A stretch of 64,000 nucleotides of DNA, taken from Lachnospiraceae bacterium (GTDB lineage Bacteria > Bacillota > Clostridia > Lachnospirales > Lachnospiraceae). The position numbers and the translations under genes are program-made. Numbering within the stretch: the first letter of the stretch is position 1; each line of letters begins with the position of its first letter. This document shows, one piece after another, positions 39,272-51,148 of the stretch. The stretch spans positions 5,538 to 69,537 of the forward strand of contig SVEK01000010.1 in assembly GCA_015057405.1 (NCBI GenBank), written 5' to 3'. The notes below the pieces were generated by a model. It ran no database searches. It was not told the DNA's origin and saw only the letters and a program-made list of their open reading frames with translations.

Positions 39272-39436
39272 GGATAGAGGTGCGTTTTTTATCAGTAATC
39301 TGATTGATGCATACAGGTGCAAGTGATTTTAGATGAAAGGAAAAGACGCCGAAGAGGATAAGCCCTGTAGCTTGTTTATCTGGGCATACGATTAATAGTC
39401 GTATGACTGTCATCATTTTATGATGGAGTGCTATCC
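39272..39436 (+). promoter_or_regulatory. Lysine riboswitch
   Basis: GATAGAGGTGCG...GAAAGG...CGCCGAA...ACTGTCA...GGAGTGCTATC upstream of dapA. Confidence 0.92.
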
Positions 39437-39473
39437 CCTAACAATATCATTTTTTGTTGTGAATGAATGTTTA

Positions 39474-39499
39474 GGCCGGCACTTTATGGTGCCGGTTTT
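39474..39499 (+). terminator. Riboswitch expression-platform terminator
   Basis: ggccggcac-tttatg-gtgccggtttt, located between the aptamer and dapA. Confidence 0.75.
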
Positions 39500-39584
39500 A
39501 TTGTTATATAGATGCTATATAGCAATAAAACAGCTCCTCGAAGGAGCGCACGATTACATAATTAAGTATAAGGAGGAATAAGTG

Positions 39585-40472
39585 ATGGCAACAATATTTG
39601 AAGGTGCAGGTGTAGCTTTAGTTACGCCAATGAAGGAAAATGGTGAGGTTAATTACGATAAGTTTCAGGAACTTGTTGATATGCAGATTGAAGGCGGTAC
39701 AGATTCTATTGTAGTTTGCGGAACTACCGGTGAGGCATCAACTCTTACTCATGAGGAACATCTTGAGTGTATATCAGTAGTTGCTTCATGTGTTAATAAA
39801 AGGGTTCCTGTTATAGCAGGAACAGGTTCGAACTGTACACAGACTTCTATTTATCTGTCAAAGGAAGCTCAGAAAAGAGGCGCTGATGCGTTGCTTCTTG
39901 TATCTCCATATTACAATAAGGCTACACAGAAGGGTCTTAAGGCTCATTTCCTTGGAGTTGCCGGTAATGTTGATATACCGATTATTTTATATAATATTCA
40001 GGGAAGAACCGGTGTGAATATTGCACCACAGACAATGGCTGATCTTGGAAGAGAAGCTGATAATATTGTTGCTGTTAAGGAAGCAAGCGGCGATATATCC
40101 CAGGTGGCTGATCTTATGTATCTTTCAAATGGTGAACTTGATGTATATTCAGGTAATGACGACCAGATAGTTCCGCTTATGTCTCTTGGCGGAAAGGGAG
40201 TTATCTCTGTGTTGTCAAATGTTCTTCCTAAAGAAACCCATGATATAGTGGCTCTGTATTTGGAAGGTAAAGTAAAGGAAAGTGCAGAACTTCAGCTTAA
40301 GTTACTTCCGCTTATTCATGAGCTTTTCAGTGAAGTTAATCCTATTCCGGTTAAAAAAGCAATGAACCTTATGGGTTATGAAGTTGGACCACTCAGACTT
40401 CCGCTTACTGAGATGGAAGAAGCTCATGCAGCTGTTTTGGCAAATGAGATGAAGAAAATTGGAATTATCTAA
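39585..40472 (+). CDS. dapA: 4-hydroxy-tetrahydrodipicolinate synthase
   Basis: CGTTGE, PYYNK, YNIQGRTG and AVKEASG motifs. Confidence 0.97.
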   Translation: MATIFEGAGVALVTPMKENGEVNYDKFQELVDMQIEGGTDSIVVCGTTGEASTLTHEEHLECISVVASCVNKRVPVIAGTGSNCTQTSIYLSKEAQKRGADALLLVSPYYNKATQKGLKAHFLGVAGNVDIPIILYNIQGRTGVNIAPQTMADLGREADNIVAVKEASGDISQVADLMYLSNGELDVYSGNDDQIVPLMSLGGKGVISVLSNVLPKETHDIVALYLEGKVKESAELQLKLLPLIHELFSEVNPIPVKKAMNLMGYEVGPLRLPLTEMEEAHAAVLANEMKKIGII

Positions 40473-40553
40473 TTGAATATTGAGTATCGTTTTTATCTGA
40501 TTGATAAGAATTAATATAGTTCTATTTATTTGTATACGAAGGGAAATGATAAG

Positions 40554-41309
40554 ATGGTTAAAATACTTATGCATGGCTGTAATGGTAAAATGGGTCAGGT
40601 TATTACTAATATTGTAAGTGAAGATGAGCATTCTGTAATAACTGCAGGAGTTGATGCGTGGGACGGAATTAAGAATGATTATCCTGTTTACAAATCTGTG
40701 GCAGATTGTAAAGAAGATTATGACGTTATTATTGATTTTTCCAATGCAAGTGCTGTAGATGCTTTATTAGAGGATGCTGTGGCAGTGGGTAAGCCGATAG
40801 TATTATGTACAACAGGTCTTTCGGAACTTCAGTTGTCAAAGGTTGAAGAGGCCTCCAAAAAGATTGCCATAGTTCGTTCTGCTAATATGTCAATCGGTAT
40901 TAACTTTATTATGAAGCTTTTAAAGGAAGCAGCTAAAAGACTTTCTCCGGAAGGATTTGATATAGAGATTGTTGAAAAACATCACAATCAAAAGGTGGAT
41001 GCTCCTTCGGGAACTGCTCTTGCCCTTGCTGATTCAATTAATGATGCTATGGATGGTGCATTTGAGTATGTATATGACAGAAGTGAGGTCAGACAGAAAC
41101 GTGATAAAAAGGAACTTGGAATATCTGCTGTACGTGGCGGAAGCATTGTAGGTGAACATGATGTAATATTTGCCGGGATTGACGAAGTTATTACTATATC
41201 ACATACCGCATATTCAAAGGCGATATTTGCCAAAGGTTCTGTAACTGCTGCAAAATATGTAGCAGGTAAACCGGCAGGAATATATGATATGTCAGATGTA
41301 CTTGATTAA
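40554..41309 (+). CDS. dapB: 4-hydroxy-tetrahydrodipicolinate reductase
   Basis: GCNGKMG, EKHHNQKVDAPSGTA and RGGSIVGEH motifs. Confidence 0.97.
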   Translation: MVKILMHGCNGKMGQVITNIVSEDEHSVITAGVDAWDGIKNDYPVYKSVADCKEDYDVIIDFSNASAVDALLEDAVAVGKPIVLCTTGLSELQLSKVEEASKKIAIVRSANMSIGINFIMKLLKEAAKRLSPEGFDIEIVEKHHNQKVDAPSGTALALADSINDAMDGAFEYVYDRSEVRQKRDKKELGISAVRGGSIVGEHDVIFAGIDEVITISHTAYSKAIFAKGSVTAAKYVAGKPAGIYDMSDVLD

Positions 41310-41446
41310 TTTGTTTCAGATTAATTCACCGGAGTTATTAGTTGTAAAACAGAGAGGTTTATTGTCTGCAATATAGATTAATGAATGGGAAGTAAACTAA
41401 CAGAATAATAGAATAAAAGTAATTTAACAGAATAAATTAGAAAATT

Positions 41447-41483
41447 AAAACCGGTCACATGTTGTTTTTGTGTGACCGGTTTT
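41447..41483. terminator. Bidirectional terminator
   Basis: Stem aaaaccggtcac...gtgaccggtttt between convergent genes. Confidence 0.8.
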
Positions 41484-41493
41484 GTATATCAAA

Positions 41494-43179
41494 TCATAAT
41501 TTTGATTGCATACTTTTTTTCATTGCTTTTTTCATAACATACATTTTTTGATCGGCTCTCTCAAAGGTATCCTGTAAGTTCCTGTCAATGAGTGTATTAA
41601 CAGTTGCAAGACCGATTGAGATATAAAACGGAAATGAGAAGTGATCGTTATGCTCACTAACCTGTTGATATAATGTTGTAATTTTTTGGTCGATAATTTC
41701 ATCAGAAGCATTTGAAATAATAACTACGAATTCATCTCCTCCAATTCTGTATGTATAACCTATATCGGAAAACTGCTGTCTTAAGAGAGAACCGCAAGTA
41801 ATTATCGCCTGGTCACCGTGGGTGTGACCGTATTGATCATTTATTATCTTAAGATTGTTGACATCACACACAAGAAATGACATTTCCGAACAATTGGCAA
41901 TGTTTTTCTTTTGGATGTGTTCCATGTACTCTATATATGCAGCACGGTTACGACAACCTGTCATTGAATCGGTAGAGGCAAGTTGCTCATAATGCTTGGC
42001 TTTGTATCCCATTTTGATATGTTTTTTGGCTGCGTTAATTTCGTTGATTCCAAAGCAGATGGCTATAAGTCCTATACATGGAAGCAGAATAGAGCCAATG
42101 TACAGATTCTTTAATACAGAGTATCTGAGAACTTCTATTATCGCGCATATGCAAAGCAGAAGAATTGCTGTCATAAAGAGTTTGGAATTGATTTTCTTTT
42201 TTATAAATGTGTATCTGATAATCTGTATCAGTAAGAACAAACAGGTAATAATTAATATTACAACAAAAGCTGTGGATGATTCATAATATGAGATGGTATT
42301 GGTTGCATCTAATATGAAAAATGCTATAATTGCCAGACATAACATTATGGTGTACAGATTTTCAAATAACCGATTTGCAAATCCTAAAAGTCGGTTAGTA
42401 TATAAAAAGAAGGCGCGTAATGTCATTTCTGCCGCAACATAGGAAAAAATCATATTAAATGCCGCATTGGAGGAAAATGTCTGAAGAAATGAAGATTCGG
42501 TCAGTATCCAGATTCCGGCCCATATAAGAAAATCTGCCGAACATATTCTGTTAAGATTATTGCCTTTGTTTAGGTTATTAAAAATAAACAGTACTAATAA
42601 TATGCCGCCAAGAAGCAGGCATAGACCGGCAATAACAATTTCCAAAGCATGGTGTAACAACAAAGTACATATTATGGAAATCTTATCTCCTACGTAGACA
42701 CTGCCGATGATTCCCTGATAGGCTTCGTTAGGAGAATATACTTCCAGAGTAAATTCTTTATTGCTACAGTTCCTTGGGAGTTTTACAAAAGAAAGATAGC
42801 TTCCCTTTGAAGAATCATAATAATTGCCCAGAGTATTCTGTATACGACTGTCGTATATTATGTCATCTTCTATGTACAACTTATAATCCATGTAAGTGCA
42901 GTACATGGCAAAATAATCTTCATCTCTGACTATTGGGAGAGTATTATGCGTGACAATGGTTCCATCATTAATATCGTGTACTATAGTAGTAACTTCATAC
43001 GGAACTTCTTCACCGGCTGAGTTAATATAAGTCCAGCCTGTATAAAGTCTGTTATTGTCGGAGTTGAGAAAACTTATGTCAGAATGTTTACGGGTGTACA
43101 CAAAAACCATTGCACCAATAACTAACAGTATTGTGGAAATATTCATTATTCTTTTTATGTATTTTACTGTAGTTTTCAT
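41494..43179 (-). CDS. Membrane-bound diguanylate cyclase (extracellular sensor, ~7 TM, GGDEF)
   Basis: DSMTGCRNR, DVNNLKIINDQYGH and RIGGDEF motifs. Confidence 0.92.
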   Translation of the reverse strand: MKTTVKYIKRIMNISTILLVIGAMVFVYTRKHSDISFLNSDNNRLYTGWTYINSAGEEVPYEVTTIVHDINDGTIVTHNTLPIVRDEDYFAMYCTYMDYKLYIEDDIIYDSRIQNTLGNYYDSSKGSYLSFVKLPRNCSNKEFTLEVYSPNEAYQGIIGSVYVGDKISIICTLLLHHALEIVIAGLCLLLGGILLVLFIFNNLNKGNNLNRICSADFLIWAGIWILTESSFLQTFSSNAAFNMIFSYVAAEMTLRAFFLYTNRLLGFANRLFENLYTIMLCLAIIAFFILDATNTISYYESSTAFVVILIITCLFLLIQIIRYTFIKKKINSKLFMTAILLLCICAIIEVLRYSVLKNLYIGSILLPCIGLIAICFGINEINAAKKHIKMGYKAKHYEQLASTDSMTGCRNRAAYIEYMEHIQKKNIANCSEMSFLVCDVNNLKIINDQYGHTHGDQAIITCGSLLRQQFSDIGYTYRIGGDEFVVIISNASDEIIDQKITTLYQQVSEHNDHFSFPFYISIGLATVNTLIDRNLQDTFERADQKMYVMKKAMKKSMQSKL

Positions 43180-43318
43180 TCAGATCCACCTTGCTAAGTT
43201 TTATTTTCCATTGAATAGTATACACAAAAAAAAATATTTTGTAAATTGAAACTGTACTATTTATTGAAGGAAAAGGCATATAAATATAATAAAGAGAAAG
43301 CTTTGGATGGGGCGTTGT

Positions 43319-44128
43319 ATGCGTTTTGCAAAAATGCATGGTTGCGGTAATGATTATGTGATAGTAGAAGAAGCTGAAATAAAAAAAACTAACCTCAAAA
43401 ATAACATGAATGAATTAGTAAAAATGATATGTGAAAGAAGAAGAGGGATAGGTTCTGACGGCATTATTATTATAGGACAATCTGACATAGCTGATATTAG
43501 TATGAAAATGTACAATGCAGACGGCTCAGTGGGCAAGATGTGCGGTAACGGGATAAGATGTTTGGCAAAATATGCTTTTGAAAATAAGATTACGATAAAA
43601 ACAGCATTTTCAGTTGAAACTGATGCAGGAATAAAAAATGTAAAATTACGATTTAACAATTTGTTCGTGGGATCTGTAAGGGTTGATATGGGAAGTCCTG
43701 TTATAAAAGAAACAGGAATGAAGTACATGTATGATGGAAAAATGTACATAATAACCAATGTGGATATGGGCAATCCTCACGCGGTAATATTTGTGGATGA
43801 TGTAGATAGTGCACCTGTTTGTGCGGTTGGAAATCATTTATGTTCCCATCCGTCATTCCCTGAGGGGGTTAACACGGAATTTGTGACTATAGTAGATAGT
43901 AATAATATCAGATTGAGAGTGTGGGAACGTGGAAGTGGAGAGACAATGGCTTGCGGAACCGGAGCATGCGCCTGTGTTGTGGCCTGCGTTGAAAAATATA
44001 GTACTGATAAATGTATCAATGTGCATATGCCCGGTGGCAACCTTCTGATTGAATATAATACAAAAGAAAATGTTGTGTACATGGAAGGTGAAGCTGTTCT
44101 TGTGTACGAAGGCATTATTAATATTTAA
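43319..44128 (+). CDS. dapF: Diaminopimelate epimerase
   Basis: KMHGCGNDY, MCGNG, MGNPH and ERGSGETMACGTG motifs. Alternative start at 43307. Confidence 0.96.
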   Translation: MRFAKMHGCGNDYVIVEEAEIKKTNLKNNMNELVKMICERRRGIGSDGIIIIGQSDIADISMKMYNADGSVGKMCGNGIRCLAKYAFENKITIKTAFSVETDAGIKNVKLRFNNLFVGSVRVDMGSPVIKETGMKYMYDGKMYIITNVDMGNPHAVIFVDDVDSAPVCAVGNHLCSHPSFPEGVNTEFVTIVDSNNIRLRVWERGSGETMACGTGACACVVACVEKYSTDKCINVHMPGGNLLIEYNTKENVVYMEGEAVLVYEGIINI

Positions 44129-44141
44129 GGATGGTAAATGA

Positions 44142-45755
44142 ATGGGAAAATCAGCCGGTATGAGTTTATGTGATTTGTTGGAAAAAGATGATTATATACT
44201 TTTAAACGGTGATGAACGAATTAATGTACATGCAATATGTTATGATACCAGAGATATGAGTGCGGAATCTGTGTATGTTTGTATTAAAGGAGAGCATTAT
44301 AACGGACATGACCTGATAAGGGAAGCTATATATAAAGGTGCCGTAGCAGTTGTTGTTGAAGAGAATATTCAAAAATCATATGGTGAAATAACAATTATTA
44401 AAGTGAATAGTACAAGACATGCCCTTGCAAAAATGTCTGCAAAATTTTTTGATTATCCGGCATGTGATATGATAATGATTGGGATAACCGGTACGAAAGG
44501 AAAAACAACAACGGGATATATGATAAAGAGTCTGCTTGAAGCATCCGGTATCTGTGTGGGGATTATAGGAAGTATTGAGATTGCGTATAAGGATGTTTCA
44601 ATTCATAATGATAATACTACTCCGGAATCATATATACTTCATAAAACACTTGCTCACATGCGAAGTCTTGGAATAGAAGCGGTTGTTATGGAGGTTTCTT
44701 CCCAGGCACTTAAACTTGGAAGAGTTGAGGGAATTGAATTTGATTACGGAGTTTACACTAATCTGTCTAAAGATCATATCGGACCTACAGAGCACAAAGA
44801 TATGGATGAATATATGAAATGTAAAGCAAAATTATTCGGACAGTGCAGATGTGCGGTGATTAATCAGGATGATTCCTGTTCGGAATATATGATTGAAGAA
44901 GCCAACAGAAGTGATGTTTTGGCGAAGATTATATGTTACGGAACAGAAGTGGTTAATAAATTCGAAACAGAGTATGTGTTTGCAGAAAATGTGTGTGCCA
45001 CAGAAAATATGCCGGGCATGAAGTATAAACTAAAGAACAATCAGAGTGCAACATTAGATAAAAAGTTAAATTGCGATATAACAATACGCCTTCCCGGATT
45101 TTTTTCGGTATATAATTCGTTGGCGGCTGTAGCCGTATGGGATGATATTATGTCAGATAAAAAAATGGAACTATCGAATGACAGATATCGTGTTATGGCA
45201 AATGTTTTGGAGTCATTTAGTGTGCAGGGCAGAACAGAATTAATGGAATCTGTTTTCGGCTACAGAGTCATGGTTGACTATGCCCATAATGAAATGAGTC
45301 TTAAGTCTGTTCTTGTAACTATGAGACAATATACGGAGAAGAAATTGATATGTATATTTGGATGCGGAGGTAACCGTTCTAAGGAGCGGCGTTATAAAAT
45401 GGGAGAGGTTTCGGCAGAGTATGCGGATGTGACTGTAATAACAGATGACAATCCACGCTATGAAGCTTCTATGGATATTATCAGCGATATTGAAACCGGA
45501 ATTTTGAGAGTTCTTGATAAAAGTGACTGTATTTCTTTTATGGATGAATTGTCTTGCGGAAAATACATTATCCGTAGCGATAGACAAAAAGCTATACAGA
45601 ATACTTTGTCAAAGGCAGAGAAAGGTGATATGATAATAATTGCCGGTAAGGGGCATGAGAATTATCAGGAGATACTTGGAATCAGGTATCCGTTAAATGA
45701 TATGGAAATAGTAAAAGAAATTATCAGACTGGAAAAGTCGGAATACTACCGGTAA
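44142..45755 (+). CDS. murE: UDP-N-acetylmuramoylalanyl-D-glutamate--2,6-diaminopimelate ligase
   Basis: GTKGKTT, NTTP, EVSS, DYAHN, DDNPR and AGKGHE motifs. Confidence 0.93.
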   Translation: MGKSAGMSLCDLLEKDDYILLNGDERINVHAICYDTRDMSAESVYVCIKGEHYNGHDLIREAIYKGAVAVVVEENIQKSYGEITIIKVNSTRHALAKMSAKFFDYPACDMIMIGITGTKGKTTTGYMIKSLLEASGICVGIIGSIEIAYKDVSIHNDNTTPESYILHKTLAHMRSLGIEAVVMEVSSQALKLGRVEGIEFDYGVYTNLSKDHIGPTEHKDMDEYMKCKAKLFGQCRCAVINQDDSCSEYMIEEANRSDVLAKIICYGTEVVNKFETEYVFAENVCATENMPGMKYKLKNNQSATLDKKLNCDITIRLPGFFSVYNSLAAVAVWDDIMSDKKMELSNDRYRVMANVLESFSVQGRTELMESVFGYRVMVDYAHNEMSLKSVLVTMRQYTEKKLICIFGCGGNRSKERRYKMGEVSAEYADVTVITDDNPRYEASMDIISDIETGILRVLDKSDCISFMDELSCGKYIIRSDRQKAIQNTLSKAEKGDMIIIAGKGHENYQEILGIRYPLNDMEIVKEIIRLEKSEYYR

Positions 45756-45773
45756 AAGAAGGAGTGGGTACTT

Positions 45774-48071
45774 ACGAAAAAGTTATATGCAGATATAATA
45801 GTTGATTTATCCGTGGAAAGTCTGGATAGGAGATTTCAATATAAAATACCGCAACGATACGAAGAAAGCATCACTATCGGAACCCCTGTTAAAATACCTT
45901 TCGGTAAAGGGAATAGAGTAATAAAAGGATATGTTGTGGGAATATCAGACGTTCCAAAATGGGATACAGATAAAATGAAATATATCACTGAAATAGAAAA
46001 GCGTGGAATTTCTGCTTCGGAGCAGTTGCTGACCCTTGCGTATTGGATAAAGGAAAAGTATGGTTCTACTTTTAATGAAGCAATTCGTACAGTTCTTCCT
46101 GTTAAGAAGTCGGTAAAAAGTGTAGAGAATCGTATTATTTCTCTTAAACTTGATAAGGATAAGGCAAAGAGTGTTCTTGCAGAACTTGAAGGCAAAAAAA
46201 ATGCTGCAGCAAGAGTAAGACTGCTAAAGGAGCTTATTGACAGGGAATATGTGTATTTCAGTGAAGTTAAATCAAGAATTAACATTTCAATGCAGACTGT
46301 AAACAGTCTTTTGGCGGCCGGAGTTATTAATATAGACAACGAACGTGTATATCGCAATCCGGTTAATAGTGAATCCTGTGCTGATGAACCGGATAGAGAT
46401 GTTATTAATCTTAACAGTGAGCAGCAAATGGTTGTTTCTTCAATAGTAAATGATTACCAATCAGGAAAGAGAGATACTCATCTTATTCACGGAGTAACCG
46501 GAAGCGGAAAGACAGAAGTTTATATGAGTATTATGGATTATGTAATTAGTCAGGGTAAACAGGTTATTATGCTGATTCCGGAGATTGCCCTTACATATCA
46601 GACCGTGAACAGATTTTACAAAAGATTTGGGGACAGAGTTTCCATACTTAATTCAAGAATGTCGGCAGGAGAAAGATTTGACCAGTACGAAAGGGCGTCA
46701 AAAGGTGAGATTGATATTATAATAGGTCCGCGTTCTGCATTATTTGTTCCGTTTGAAAGGCTTGGTCTTATAGTTATTGACGAGGAACATGAGGATTCAT
46801 ATAAAAGTGAGAAACCCCCAAAGTACCATGCCAGGGAAGTAGCAATAAAAAGAGCGGAATTATCAGGTGCAATGGTTATTTTGGGTTCGGCAACTCCGTC
46901 TATTGACAGCTACTATAAGAGTGAATTGCCTGAAAATTGTCCTGACAGGTTTATCAGACACGAACTAAATTACAGAGCAGTTAGTCAGGGATTGCCTCTT
47001 GTAAATGTAGTAGATATGAGAGAAGAGTTTGCTGCTAAAAATTATTCAATGTTCAGCAATGAACTACGGACAAGTATAGGAGAGTGTCTGAGTCGCAGAG
47101 AGCAGATAATTCTTTTTATTAACAGAAGAGGTTTTTTAGGTTTTGTATCATGTCGAAGTTGCGGACAAGTTATTAAATGTCCCCATTGTGATATTTCACT
47201 TACCATTCATAATGTAAAAGAAAATGGTAACGCAAGCAGAAACGGAAGTGGACAGGCACAGAAAATGATTTGTCATTATTGCGGATATGAACAGCCAATG
47301 ATAAAACAATGCCCGTCCTGTGAATCAAAATATATCGGTGGTTTCGGAATCGGAACACAACAGGTAGAACAGATGCTTGTAAACACATTTCCGGGGATAC
47401 GTGTTCTTAGAATGGATGCAGATACTACATCCGGCAAAGAAGGACACAGCAATATACTCAAACAATTTGCGGCTCACGAAGCTGATGTGCTTCTTGGAAC
47501 CCAGATGATAGTCAAAGGACATGATTATCCTCTTGTTACACTGGTTGGTGTGCTTGCTGCGGATCTTTCACTTAATATGAATGACTACAGAGCTGCCGAG
47601 AAAACATTTGAACTACTTGTTCAGGCATCCGGCAGGGCAGGAAGAGGTCAGAAACCGGGAAAAGTTGTAATTCAGACTTATCAGCCGGATAATTATGCAA
47701 TAGAGAGGGCAGCAAAACAGGATTACAGGAGTTTTTATGAGCAGGAAATTATGTATCGCAGACTTATGAAATATCCGCCTTGTGCAGGAATGATGTCTGT
47801 GTTTGTTGCCGGTGTGGAAGATGATGAAGTTTATAAAATCATTTCCAAAGCTTCACACGTAGCTGAAGAATGTATAAAATCAGGGGTAAAGGCAACTGTT
47901 ATAGGACCGTCCAGGCATCCGGTATCCCGTGTCAATGACAGATACCGGTATATCATGTATATAAAGGGAGAAAATGTGTCTGACCTGATAGATATCCGTA
48001 ACTGTATAGATGACGCAATAGGGGATTGCTGCAGTGAAAAAGAGTGTGTTGTGCAATATGATATGACATAA
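45774..48071 (+). CDS. priA: Primosomal protein N'
   Basis: GVTGSGKTEVY, DEEH, two Cys-pair zinc clusters, GRAGR. The conserved N-terminus extends upstream of the track's GTG at 45813; start placed tentatively at ACG 45774. Confidence 0.95.
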   Translation, partial: TKKLYADIIVDLSVESLDRRFQYKIPQRYEESITIGTPVKIPFGKGNRVIKGYVVGISDVPKWDTDKMKYITEIEKRGISASEQLLTLAYWIKEKYGSTFNEAIRTVLPVKKSVKSVENRIISLKLDKDKAKSVLAELEGKKNAAARVRLLKELIDREYVYFSEVKSRINISMQTVNSLLAAGVINIDNERVYRNPVNSESCADEPDRDVINLNSEQQMVVSSIVNDYQSGKRDTHLIHGVTGSGKTEVYMSIMDYVISQGKQVIMLIPEIALTYQTVNRFYKRFGDRVSILNSRMSAGERFDQYERASKGEIDIIIGPRSALFVPFERLGLIVIDEEHEDSYKSEKPPKYHAREVAIKRAELSGAMVILGSATPSIDSYYKSELPENCPDRFIRHELNYRAVSQGLPLVNVVDMREEFAAKNYSMFSNELRTSIGECLSRREQIILFINRRGFLGFVSCRSCGQVIKCPHCDISLTIHNVKENGNASRNGSGQAQKMICHYCGYEQPMIKQCPSCESKYIGGFGIGTQQVEQMLVNTFPGIRVLRMDADTTSGKEGHSNILKQFAAHEADVLLGTQMIVKGHDYPLVTLVGVLAADLSLNMNDYRAAEKTFELLVQASGRAGRGQKPGKVVIQTYQPDNYAIERAAKQDYRSFYEQEIMYRRLMKYPPCAGMMSVFVAGVEDDEVYKIISKASHVAEECIKSGVKATVIGPSRHPVSRVNDRYRYIMYIKGENVSDLIDIRNCIDDAIGDCCSEKECVVQYDMT

Positions 48072-48227
48072 AACTCATATTGATTTATGTACAATGCAAA
48101 AGAAACAGTAAATTATATTACATAAGTTAATACAATATGATATAACATTATGTCTATTTTACAGTACAATTTTTTTGAAAATAATGTATAATTACATTTA
48201 TAATGTATTTTAGGAGGAAAGTTTAAT

Positions 48228-49628
48228 ATGAAAAAATGTATTAAAAGTAAGTTAATAGCAGCATTTCTTGCCGTTAATATGGTTATCGGCATTGCTTCAC
48301 CGGTGGCAAATGAATCATCGGCTGCCAAGGTTGCGAAACTTGGATTTAAAAAAGTTAAGCTGGAAGTCGGACAGAAAAAGAAGGTTGTTATTAAGAATAA
48401 GAAAAAGAAGGCAAAGTATACATATAAGTCTTCTGCAGTTAAGAAAGCCGGCGTTAGTAAGTCAGGTTTGATTGTTGCCAAAGCAAAAGGTAAGGCTGTA
48501 ATAACTGTTAAAGAGAAGTTTAACAAAAAGAACAGATTAGTTGGAAAAGTTACTGTTACAGTTAAAGCAAAGAAGATAAGTAACACACCTGTTGTATCGG
48601 TTACCCCTGTTGTAACAGATAATCCTGCAACAGCCATTCCTCAAAGTACACTTGCACCTGCGACTCCTACTGCAACTGTAGCAGCAGTTGATCCGACAGC
48701 AGAGCCAACACCGGATGTATATTCAGAGGAATTATTTACTATGTATATTCAGGATATTTCCGATAAAAAATATGAGGTTAACGGTGCAACTTGTGACGTG
48801 ACCATGCAGTATTTTGAAGGCGAAGCAGAAGGCGAATATTTTAACGGCAATATTAAGAGAGCAAGCTCCAATGTTATCAAAGCATATAAAGAAGGTTACA
48901 AGGATGGTAAGTCATATACTACTGCAAGATACATCCTTGAAGGTAAAGACAGCAGCGGTAATGCATGTAGTTTATTCATTGAAGATAACGGTATTATTAA
49001 TGCTGATAAGTCAATAACAGGAAAACCTACAATTATTACTAAGAATGAGGAACTTGCATGGCTTCAGACTGCTGATATACAGACCAGAGTAATCGACAGA
49101 GGCGATGGTAACAAAGAAATCAGTTTTATGTGGAATAAGGATAATACTGAACCGGTTCCATATCCTACAGTAACAAGACCTGATGAGACAAAGAGTTATA
49201 CAGAGGAATTGTTCAGATTCGCTATAGGAATAGGTGCATCAGATGAAGTTCCGGGTTCTGACGGGGCATCCTCTTCAATGATTAATTTTACATGTAAGAC
49301 AGCTGAAGGATTTGATAAGTTTGTTGGTGAAGGTGTTGATAATTTTGCTGACACAAGAATGCAGTTTAAAGGTCAGGTTCAAACACTTTCTGCACGTTAC
49401 ATTATGGTTGGAGAAGATGCTGACGGTGATGAATGCACCATATATGTAGAAAATAATGGTATAGATGATAACGGTATGGTGACTGAACCTACTATCATCA
49501 CAGATAATCCGGACTGGGCATGGATTGAAACAGCACCTTTGCACGGTACTGTAAGCTGGGGAGCTTCGCTTACAATTCATATGTGGTCTACAAAAGAAGC
49601 TTATGATGCCGGTCAGGCAGAAAAATAA
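48228..49628 (+). CDS. Secreted protein: Lys-rich Ig-like domain, P/T linker, two DUF3237-like domains
   Basis: Signal peptide; the motif ARYI(L/M).G.D..G..C...(I/V)E.NG...P.IIT....AW occurs twice. Confidence 0.7.
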   Translation: MKKCIKSKLIAAFLAVNMVIGIASPVANESSAAKVAKLGFKKVKLEVGQKKKVVIKNKKKKAKYTYKSSAVKKAGVSKSGLIVAKAKGKAVITVKEKFNKKNRLVGKVTVTVKAKKISNTPVVSVTPVVTDNPATAIPQSTLAPATPTATVAAVDPTAEPTPDVYSEELFTMYIQDISDKKYEVNGATCDVTMQYFEGEAEGEYFNGNIKRASSNVIKAYKEGYKDGKSYTTARYILEGKDSSGNACSLFIEDNGIINADKSITGKPTIITKNEELAWLQTADIQTRVIDRGDGNKEISFMWNKDNTEPVPYPTVTRPDETKSYTEELFRFAIGIGASDEVPGSDGASSSMINFTCKTAEGFDKFVGEGVDNFADTRMQFKGQVQTLSARYIMVGEDADGDECTIYVENNGIDDNGMVTEPTIITDNPDWAWIETAPLHGTVSWGASLTIHMWSTKEAYDAGQAEK

Positions 49629-49690
49629 GACATGCTAACCAATAAGAGCATAAAGATTTGTTATATGAATTAACTTAATAAGAAGTTCAA

Positions 49691-49739
49691 AAAACTCCTG
49701 AGCAGACAAGGTGACGAACCTAAACTGCTTAGGAGTTTT
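49691..49739. terminator. Bidirectional terminator
   Basis: Stem aaaactcctgagcag...ctgcttaggagtttt. Confidence 0.78.
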
Positions 49740-49783
49740 ATTTATCCGAAAATATAATCTATCATATGATGTTTTTGTGAGTC

Positions 49784-51121
<1,338 letters not shown>

Positions 51122-51148
51122 TTATTAAGTAACCTTATTTATAGGCTA

